NCBI GenBank assembly: GCA_016205085.1
Contig: JACQJN010000215.1
Location: forward strand, 1-14,566
Direction: 5' to 3'
Source of the DNA: Elusimicrobiota bacterium
Lineage (GTDB): Bacteria; Elusimicrobiota; Elusimicrobia; JACQJN01
Length of the DNA stretch: 14,566 nt
Under the pieces are notes generated by a model. The model saw only the letters and a list, made by a program, of their open reading frames with translations. It was not told where the DNA came from and did not search any database. The position numbers and the translations under genes are program-made. Positions 8,711 through 14,566 of this stretch are shown in pieces; positions within the stretch are counted from its first letter, which is position 1, and every line of letters begins with the position of its first letter.

Positions 8711-9194
8711 GACAATCGTTTGTGACTTTCCTTCTCCTATGACAATCCATACAACGCTCCATCTTGATGGGAATCACCTGACGGGTGACGGGAACCTCCC
8801 TTTTGGACATATCCCCGTGGCATACGGCGCAATCGAGCTTGGCGATACCCACATGGCGCCTATGGGAAAAGTAGACGTGCTGCGGAACACGGTAAATCTG
8901 GTTCCAAGGTATCTCTCTATTTTCCAGGATGTAGGCCTGGACGACTTTTAATTTGGGATTGTCCGTATCCTGGTTGTGGCAGGAAGCGCAGGTTTCCAAG
9001 GGCGGGAGAGTCGCATGAACACCTCCCTCCGCAATACCGGCATGACAATTGGCGCACTCCAGGCCCAGTTCGATGTGTTTTTTATGGTTATACGGGACGG
9101 GCTGCTTCTTGGAGTCTGACTGGTGCCAGGCCAAAAGGAACCAGACTGAACCAAGCAAAACAAGGGATAAAACGGCTGCCGCAAGATCTTTCAT
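8694..9194 (-). CDS. Membrane-anchored pentaheme c-type cytochrome (ActA/QrcA-like electron entry/exit subunit)
   Basis: N-terminal hydrophobic signal-anchor (AAAVLSLVLLGSVWFLLAW). Five CxxCH motifs (CANCH, CASCH, CAVCH, CMDCH, CLACH) lie within 166 aa. GGGGAGGAG sits immediately upstream of the ATG. Confidence 0.75.
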   Translation of the reverse strand: MKDLAAAVLSLVLLGSVWFLLAWHQSDSKKQPVPYNHKKHIELGLECANCHAGIAEGGVHATLPPLETCASCHNQDTDNPKLKVVQAYILENREIPWNQIYRVPQHVYFSHRRHVGIAKLDCAVCHGDMSKREVPVTRQVIPIKMERCMDCHRRRKVTNDCLACHL

Positions 9195-9215
9195 CTCCTC
9201 CCCGTAGGGTCAGAT

Positions 9216-10097
9216 TTACTTCTGCGGGGTTTTGGGCGGCGCACCCGCAAATTCCTTTGCCAAGGCTGTGACGCCGGACATCGCTCCCAAACCCATGGTC
9301 TCCACGGCGCTGGAGGGAACGATCACGATGGTGGAATTTTGCCGCATTCCTTCCAGTAGAATATTCATCGCACGCAAATGCAGAGCAATGGGACTATTCA
9401 CGTAGGCCTTAGAAGATTCTTCGAACACCTGTGAAACCTGCCGTTCTGAATCTGCCAGGATCACCCTTGCCTGACGCTCCCTCTCCGCCTGCGCCTGCAT
9501 GGACATGGCATTCTGAAGGCCGGCCGGTATTTTCACGTCGCGGATCTCCACAGAAATGGCTTTAATGCCCCAGGCTTCCGTCCGTTGATCAATCATAGCG
9601 CAAAGATCCTTATCGATCTTCTCCCGGCCTCTGAGCATTTCCGAGAGATCGGTTCTTCCGATCACATCCCGCAGAGCGGTTTGACTGGACCATGTAATAG
9701 CCTGCCGGTAATCCTCCACTTCCACAGCTGCCTTCTTCGAATCCACGACCCGCCAGAAGAGAACCGCATCCACATCCACAGGCACGCTGTCTTTGGTGAG
9801 GGTCTGCTCCGCAGTGAAGGGAGTCGTTATCGTACGCAGATCTATCCAATAAGGGATGGTGTCCACGAAAGGAATGACGCCAAAAACTCCTGGACCCTTC
9901 AAATCAAGATATTTTCCAAGCCGAAGAATCACCGCTTTTTGCCATTGGCGTGCAACGCGGATGGCCAGAACGAATAAGACAGCCAAGGCTGAGACTGCAA
10001 CTCCAAGGGCTGGATTCTCAAGCTTGACGCCCAAGAAGCCTCCTGCGGTCATCATCACGACAAACACCACCGCTGTCACAGGATGAATTCCCATCAT
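9216..10097 (-). CDS. SPFH/band-7 (stomatin/prohibitin-like, slipin) membrane scaffold protein
   Basis: N-terminal TM helix followed by a PHB-domain-like sequence (AVILRLGKYLDLKGPGVFGVIPFVDTIPYWIDLRTITTPF...AVLFWRVVD...). A coiled-coil-like AQAERERQARVILADSERQ segment follows. A GGAGG RBS lies 4-7 nt upstream of the ATG. Confidence 0.85.
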   Translation of the reverse strand: MMGIHPVTAVVFVVMMTAGGFLGVKLENPALGVAVSALAVLFVLAIRVARQWQKAVILRLGKYLDLKGPGVFGVIPFVDTIPYWIDLRTITTPFTAEQTLTKDSVPVDVDAVLFWRVVDSKKAAVEVEDYRQAITWSSQTALRDVIGRTDLSEMLRGREKIDKDLCAMIDQRTEAWGIKAISVEIRDVKIPAGLQNAMSMQAQAERERQARVILADSERQVSQVFEESSKAYVNSPIALHLRAMNILLEGMRQNSTIVIVPSSAVETMGLGAMSGVTALAKEFAGAPPKTPQK

Positions 10098-10197
10098 TTT
10101 CTTGCCTCCTTTTTAAATCAACCAATATATCGCTTCAATTATCTTTACTAAGGGCAACGAATCTGCCAGGGAAATACTAAGAAGTAATTCGGTGGGC
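10098..10197 (-). promoter_or_regulatory. 100-nt AT-rich intergenic spacer between the bc-complex genes and the SPFH gene, a candidate internal promoter/regulatory region that contains the SPFH RBS
   Basis: This is the only non-trivial gap inside the cluster apart from the one upstream of feoB. It is AT-rich relative to its flanks (ttaaatcaaccaatatatcgcttcaattatctttacta). I could not place a confident -35/-10 pair. Confidence 0.25.
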
Positions 10198-11433
10198 TTA
10201 TTTTTTCACGGCTAGAGACAATATATAGGCCGTCAACGCGTGAATCTCATCGTCCCGAAGCTCCAGTTTGGGCATTGTGGAACCCGGGCTTACCATTTGA
10301 GGATCTCGGAAATGTTTAGTAAGCCACTCCTCCGCTTTCTCGCCGGCCACCTTATCCAAAGCGGGTCCAACCGCACCCCCCTTTCCATTGATCTTATGAC
10401 AATAGCCACAATTTAAGTTGCGGTACAATCTCCGACCCGTAAAAACTACCGGGTTCTTTTCAGCGACAGAAGTCAAGGGCGAACCAGTGTATTTCTGAGC
10501 GGTGATGTAGCGGGCGATATCCTCTATCTGCGTGTCGGTCAACTGGCCTTTATACCCCGGCATCGTAGAGGACGAGTTGAGTTGGGAAGGATCCAGAATA
10601 TATTTTTTGATGTAGGCTTTGTCGCGGGCCGAACCGATGAGGGAAAGATCAGGCCCCACATCCCCACCTTCCCCACCTATACGGTGACAAGCCGTACAGT
10701 TAGCCGCAAAAAGCTTAGGTGCCTCGCCGGTGAAGGGTCCTCCCGCCAAAGACTTCATGTAGGCCGCCAGGGCTTGAATCTCATCTTCCAAAAGATTAAG
10801 TTTAGGCATATCCGACCCCGGGCGGGGGTCTCTAAGATGGCCGATGAGCCACTCCTCCGTTTCCTCACCCACAACCTTATCGAGTTCAGGGCCGATGGAG
10901 CCGCCCTTTCCCGCAATCTTGTGACAGTAAGCGCAATTCAAACTCCTATACAGCCTGTGCCCCGCCAGGACCAGAGGGTCCTTCTCAATGACAGGATTGG
11001 TGAGAGGGCTCTTGTAGCCCGCCCAGGTGAGATAGGTGATGCCGGCCAGAGCCAAAACTCCCAAACCGGTCCAGAGAGGCCGGTCCAAAGGATGGCGCCT
11101 GGAATCTTTATCCAAAAAGGGCAAAAGAAGCAGAAAAGAGACGGCCAACCCCGGAAGTAGGATGGCCGCGACGGCTTCCAGATGGCCGGGAAAGAACTTG
11201 AGCGCCTGAAAAAGAAACAAAAAGTACCACTCCGGACGGGGATTATAGGTCGTATCCGTGGGATCGGCCAATTCCTCAAGTTTCACCCCAAACTTGTATG
11301 CCAGGAATGAAAGAGCGCACAGGATAAGAAAAGTAACCAACGTGTCCTTGAAGACCGCATAGGGGAAAAATGGTTTGCCCTCCTCCTTCAAACGAATGTA
11401 GCGCTTCTTATATTCCTCGTACCAATTTTGCAT
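10198..11433 (-). CDS. qcrC: bc-complex subunit IV (PetD-like, 3 TM, PEWYFLFLFQ motif) fused to three tandem class-I cytochrome c domains (QcrC-like triheme variant)
   Basis: PEWYF motif and three TM helices are followed by three CxxCH domains (CAYCHKIAGKGGSIGP, CTACHRIGGEGGDVGP, CGYCHKINGKGGAVGP). Start chosen at the internal Met (MQNWYEEY...; ATG 11431-11433), 2 nt after the cytochrome b6 stop. The longer ORF to 11679 would overlap cytochrome b by 244 nt. Confidence 0.75.
   Translation of the reverse strand: MQNWYEEYKKRYIRLKEEGKPFFPYAVFKDTLVTFLILCALSFLAYKFGVKLEELADPTDTTYNPRPEWYFLFLFQALKFFPGHLEAVAAILLPGLAVSFLLLLPFLDKDSRRHPLDRPLWTGLGVLALAGITYLTWAGYKSPLTNPVIEKDPLVLAGHRLYRSLNCAYCHKIAGKGGSIGPELDKVVGEETEEWLIGHLRDPRPGSDMPKLNLLEDEIQALAAYMKSLAGGPFTGEAPKLFAANCTACHRIGGEGGDVGPDLSLIGSARDKAYIKKYILDPSQLNSSSTMPGYKGQLTDTQIEDIARYITAQKYTGSPLTSVAEKNPVVFTGRRLYRNLNCGYCHKINGKGGAVGPALDKVAGEKAEEWLTKHFRDPQMVSPGSTMPKLELRDDEIHALTAYILSLAVKK
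10207..10974 (-). repeat. Intragenic duplication: cytochrome c domain 1 (about 10744-10974) and domain 3 (about 10207-10449) of the subunit-IV-triheme fusion are close paralogous copies
   Basis: The protein segments align at about 60% identity by eye (GHRLYRSLNCAYCHKIAGKGGSIGPELDKV.../GRRLYRNLNCGYCHKINGKGGAVGPALDKV...). Shared DNA strings are visible, including tgaatctcatc, agccactcctccg and ccaccttatc. The middle domain is more divergent. Confidence 0.5.
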
Positions 11434-11435
11434 TT

Positions 11436-12104
11436 CTAACGCTTTTTTTGAGGAACCTCTGAAATCCCATGCCATACCACAAGAAAAAGATGCGCTCCTA
11501 TCAAAAGACCGATCACCATTGGCAAAACTAAAACGTGCAGCGCATAAAACCGGGTCAGAGTAGCCGCTCCCATATCCTCCCCACCTATAAGGATCTTGGA
11601 AATATAAGCCCCCAAAATCGGTGTTTGGCCCGCGATGTTGGCCCCCACCATGGTGGCCCAGTAAGCCTTCTGATCCCAAGGCAATAGATACCCTGTAAAA
11701 CTAAATCCCATCACCAATAAAAATAAAAAGACCCCGACGATCCATGTGGCTTCACGTGGATACTTATACGCCCCCATAAAGTACACCCTCAGCATATGCA
11801 GGGATACCAATACCACCATGAACGTGGCTCCCCAGTGATGCAATCCGCGAATCAGCCACCCCAATAGAACTTGCTCGCTGATGAACCGCACGGAATCATA
11901 GGCATGATCCGGGGAAGGAACATAGTTCATGGCCAAGAGCGCTCCCGTCACCGCCTGAACCATAAATACGAAAAGGGACGCGCTCCCCAATGTATAAAAC
12001 CAGGCAACAGGACCCTTGGCTTCGGGAATGTGCCGGGCAAAGAGAGCCTGCCACACCTTCTGGAATCCGGTCCTCTCATCCAGCCAAGCAAGAATGTTCT
12101 TCAT
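11436..12104 (-). CDS. qcrB: Cytochrome b6-type (split cytochrome b, N-terminal 4-helix heme-b-binding half)
   Basis: Strong cytochrome b6 signatures: GWLIRGLHHWGA, LPWDQKAYWA, TLTRFYALH and C-terminal WHGISEVP. Start placed at the internal Met MKNILAWLDERTGF (ATG 12102-12104), which forms an ATGA overlap with the Rieske stop. Confidence 0.85.
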   Translation of the reverse strand: MKNILAWLDERTGFQKVWQALFARHIPEAKGPVAWFYTLGSASLFVFMVQAVTGALLAMNYVPSPDHAYDSVRFISEQVLLGWLIRGLHHWGATFMVVLVSLHMLRVYFMGAYKYPREATWIVGVFLFLLVMGFSFTGYLLPWDQKAYWATMVGANIAGQTPILGAYISKILIGGEDMGAATLTRFYALHVLVLPMVIGLLIGAHLFLVVWHGISEVPQKKR

Positions 12105-12607
12105 GCTTTCTCCTGATGCACGGGCTGAGGTAAAATCAAAAGCTGCCCTCCCACCACTTTTACCAGAAAGCGGTCCAAAGGCCTGGGTGGCGGGCCACTC
12201 ACCACCTTCCCATCCACATCGAAGACGGCGGTATGACAGGGACAAAGAAACTGCTTCTTCTGTTCATCCCAGCGGTAAGGGCAGCCTAGGTGGGTGCAAC
12301 GAGGATCGAAGACGATAAAATCCTTCCCGTTAGAGGTGAGAATCCAGGCCGAGGACCTGCGCTCCGTTGTCACCCAGGCATCCCGTTTGCGCTCCACAAA
12401 CTCCACTTTTATGGGAAGCCCCGGCTTAAAATTGTCGGCCCGCCCGATATCCAACCAGCCTTCCTCCTTTTTCTTGAAAGCCGGAGATATGAAATAACCC
12501 AGGCCGGCACCCCCCAGAATGGCGCCGATGAGGCCGCCCAGTCCGAATATGGCCCACTGCAGAAAAGAACGCCTGGAAATCGTGCTGTCAGGGCTGGGGT
12601 GTTCCAT
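12101..12607 (-). CDS. qcrA: Rieske [2Fe-2S] iron-sulfur protein with TAT signal
   Basis: TAT motif SRRSFLQ plus a TM anchor. Rieske box I CTHLGC and box II CPCH are separated by about 15 residues. Confidence 0.85.
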   Translation of the reverse strand: MEHPSPDSTISRRSFLQWAIFGLGGLIGAILGGAGLGYFISPAFKKKEEGWLDIGRADNFKPGLPIKVEFVERKRDAWVTTERRSSAWILTSNGKDFIVFDPRCTHLGCPYRWDEQKKQFLCPCHTAVFDVDGKVVSGPPPRPLDRFLVKVVGGQLLILPQPVHQEKA

Positions 12608-13346
12608 GCTTTTGCAGTTCCTTAATTTGAAGCTCGTTGAGGATATCGACAGAACGCCGGGTGACTTCTTGAGCCGCCTTCAGCACCTCCATCATTTTGA
12701 ATGTGTGCCAATCCTCCAGGGTGTGCCGGTACATTCCCATGATTTTCTGATAATCCTGTCCCTGCCGTGAAATATCCGCTTTCTGTCCATGACTTTCCTG
12801 AAGAGTTTTTTCCAATCTCTTGAAAGTCTCTCCGGCATTGTTGAGCGCCATGAGCGTGGCGTAAGCCTGGGTGGGACGCCTATGGCAGACCGTACAGGTC
12901 ATCTCCAATTCTCTAGGGGCCAGGACATGATTGGCCATGGAGCCGTGACAGGTGACACAGTTGGGACCCCTTCCCGAACTCTGCAGATCCCTATAATGAG
13001 CGCTTCTCTTAAACGCCTTAAACTCCGCCTGATGGCAAGTCCCACAGGTTGCAGGAATACGCGTGTAGTATACGAGACTCTTGGAATTTGTCGAAGGCAT
13101 CATGCCTTTATGCGCCGCTCTCTTTTCTCCTTCGGAAGGATTCCCTCCGTGGCAGGTCTCACACCGAATCCCCGCCCTGGCATGGACTGATTTCTCCCAA
13201 TCTGAAAAGTTGTGTTCAAGATAGGAAACCCCTCCCACGCCTCTGTGACAAGCGACGCAAGAATTTTCCTGCTGAGTCTCGCCCCTCAGGAGAGAACATG
13301 ATAGCACTAAAAATAAAATACCGGCAACAGGATTAAAAAAATTCAT
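12588..13346 (-). CDS. Periplasmic pentaheme c-type cytochrome
   Basis: Start at MNFFNPVAGILFLVLSCSLLRG (signal peptide), preceded by GGAGG at 9-nt spacing. Five CxxCH motifs are present (CVACH, CETCH, CGTCH, CVTCH, CTVCH). The C-terminal region is helical and Lys/Glu-rich. Confidence 0.75.
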   Translation of the reverse strand: MNFFNPVAGILFLVLSCSLLRGETQQENSCVACHRGVGGVSYLEHNFSDWEKSVHARAGIRCETCHGGNPSEGEKRAAHKGMMPSTNSKSLVYYTRIPATCGTCHQAEFKAFKRSAHYRDLQSSGRGPNCVTCHGSMANHVLAPRELEMTCTVCHRRPTQAYATLMALNNAGETFKRLEKTLQESHGQKADISRQGQDYQKIMGMYRHTLEDWHTFKMMEVLKAAQEVTRRSVDILNELQIKELQKHGTPQP

Positions 13347-13365
13347 TTTAAAACCTCCTGCCACC

Positions 13366-14566
13366 CTAAGGATGGCATCCCGCACAAACAGATTGCACCT
13401 GCTTACGAAGAGGCACTTTCTTGTGCGCTCCTATCTCGTGGCATTTCACGCACCCCATCATCTCCATATGAGCCCTGTGCGGCATCGTCTTTCCGGACAT
13501 TGGACCCAGCTCCGGACTGGAAGTCTCCACAGTTTCGGGAGGGACCTGAACGCCAATTTTAGAATGGCACAGGGTGGCGCAAAAACCTCCCGACAAAAGG
13601 GGCAGAGAGGAGAGGTCTTGAGTCTGTGCTTGAATCCTCTCTCCTATCTCCGAAAGAATTTCATCCTCCCGGCGCAAAGCCAGAGAAGCCAGATAGATAT
13701 TGTGCTCCCCCCGGGAAGCGTGGACGAAGTGATGCCAGTGCTCCGCCCGGGCCGCCTTCTTTTCGATCTCCCGGCGCTCCTGTCCCGCCAAATGGGACGC
13801 CGCTATCGCGGAGCGGATCTGATCGAGTTTTCGTTCCAGCTGAGCCAAACCTTCTTCCAGCTCCGATTTTGTCTCCTGCCAGATTCCTTCAAATTTTGAA
13901 CCGTGGCACTTGACACAGGCCTGGGTGGAGGCTCTGTACGTTTTGCCTCGAAACTCTTCCTCCTGAACATCCTTTTTCTCGCTGTAGTGACACCCCACGC
14001 AATCCACTTGGGCCAGATACATGGGACTGGGCATCTCCGGAAGCCCCAGCGCAGAAACTTTGCCCGAATACATCTCCAACTGGCCCGTGTGCTTGTTCTG
14101 ATGGCAGTAGGAACAATCAAATGTAAGAGTAGGAGACCGGCCCGACACCCCAACAGTAGAGAGCGCAAGAAGAGGCTCTCCCAATCGGACAATGCGAGAA
14201 TCATCCTGTGATTCAAAACCATGGCGGATCTCTTGATGGCAGCGGAAACAGGCCACGTGATGCTTGGTCACGTGATTCTCATGCAAAAATGGAATATCTC
14301 CATACCGCTTAAGTTTTTCCGGCTGATTGTGGCAGGTGAAGCACCGGTCCTCGGGAGCCTTCCCTTCCCCACGAACCACATCCAGATGGCAGTTTTGACA
14401 CGCCAGCCCCTGCTTGACCACAAAATCTTTGTGATTGTAAGTCATGTTGGCAATCTGAAATGATTTTTGAGGAATGTCATGACATCCCAGACAGCCTCCA
14501 ATGGGCCGGAGTTCTCTGCCGGCTCCCTTTCCCTTAAAATGGCACAGGTAGCAGGTGTCGTAAGCC
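13366..14566 (-). CDS. Large multiheme c-type cytochrome, 5' end truncated by the window edge (at least 10 CxxCH motifs plus one CxxxCH in window)
   Basis: The reading frame stays open upstream of the listed Met all the way to the window end. My hand translation of the rc of 14446-14566 gives ...CYLCHFKGKGAGRELRPIGGCLGCHDIPQKSFQIANMTYNHKD. This is low-confidence: its first CxxCH (CYLCH) is placed after re-cutting the trailing nucleotides of the window. From the Met the track protein carries CQNCH, CFTCH, CFRCH, CSYCH, CVGCH, CVKCH, CATLCH (CX3CH), CVKCH and CAGCH. A central coiled-coil and His-rich segment (HWHHFVHASRGEH) is present. Confidence 0.7.
   Translation of the reverse strand, partial: AYDTCYLCHFKGKGAGRELRPIGGCLGCHDIPQKSFQIANMTYNHKDFVVKQGLACQNCHLDVVRGEGKAPEDRCFTCHNQPEKLKRYGDIPFLHENHVTKHHVACFRCHQEIRHGFESQDDSRIVRLGEPLLALSTVGVSGRSPTLTFDCSYCHQNKHTGQLEMYSGKVSALGLPEMPSPMYLAQVDCVGCHYSEKKDVQEEEFRGKTYRASTQACVKCHGSKFEGIWQETKSELEEGLAQLERKLDQIRSAIAASHLAGQERREIEKKAARAEHWHHFVHASRGEHNIYLASLALRREDEILSEIGERIQAQTQDLSSLPLLSGGFCATLCHSKIGVQVPPETVETSSPELGPMSGKTMPHRAHMEMMGCVKCHEIGAHKKVPLRKQVQSVCAGCHP

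Noticed and set aside
10153-10167. Possible terminator hairpin ggcaacgaatctgcc downstream of the subunit-IV-triheme gene
   Set aside because: It has only a 4-bp GC stem and no following U-tract on the transcribed strand, so it is not a convincing intrinsic terminator.
10198-11679. PetD-like 'SDPVL' string in the upstream in-frame extension of the subunit-IV gene
   Set aside because: It lies in sequence that is the cytochrome b6 gene read in another frame. The downstream Met already gives a complete 3-TM subunit IV, so the match is most likely coincidental.
1-14566. Searched for CRISPR arrays, tRNA/rRNA genes, IS/transposase or integrase genes, and toxin-antitoxin or defence genes
   Set aside because: There are no direct repeat arrays, no inverted-repeat-flanked ORFs, and no recognisable recombinase or nuclease motifs. 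The window is entirely respiratory, cofactor-biogenesis and iron-transport genes.

Overview
All credible coding capacity in this 14.6-kb window lies on the minus strand, as about 15 tightly packed, co-directional genes that form a respiratory electron-transfer super-cluster. Gene calls rest on motif reading of the supplied translations only; no searches were run. The window is moderately GC-rich by eye (not computed).

Genes in transcription order (high to low coordinate):
- A very large multiheme c-type cytochrome, truncated at the window edge. It carries at least 10 CxxCH motifs, one atypical CxxxCH and one doubtful motif in a low-confidence upstream extension.
- A 5-heme cytochrome c.
- A Bacillus/b6f-type Rieske–cytochrome b6 complex. 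Its subunit-IV protein is fused to three tandem class-I cytochrome c domains (a QcrC-like triheme variant).
- An SPFH/stomatin-like scaffold protein.
- A five-gene CISM-type module that looks like a hybrid between polysulfide-reductase-like PsrABC and Alternative Complex III/Qrc. It comprises an ActA-like membrane-anchored pentaheme cytochrome c, a TAT-exported molybdopterin-oxidoreductase-family subunit, a four-cluster FeS subunit, a 12-TM NrfD-family membrane subunit, and an ActE-like monoheme cytochrome c.
- System II cytochrome c biogenesis genes ccsB/ccsA and the ferrous iron transporter feoB.

Main observations:
- At least 26 c-type heme-binding motifs, two b-hemes and six or more FeS clusters are encoded alongside their own heme-ligation and iron-uptake genes.
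- Four or five gene junctions are ATGA/GTGA stop–start overlaps, consistent with one polycistronic, translationally coupled unit.
- No CRISPR arrays, tRNA or rRNA genes, mobile elements or defence genes are evident.
- The most novel-looking element is the CISM module. Unlike what I recall for ActB1/QrcB, its catalytic-type subunit retains a perfect CX2CX3CX27C FS0 motif, yet the module is bracketed by cytochromes c like ACIII.
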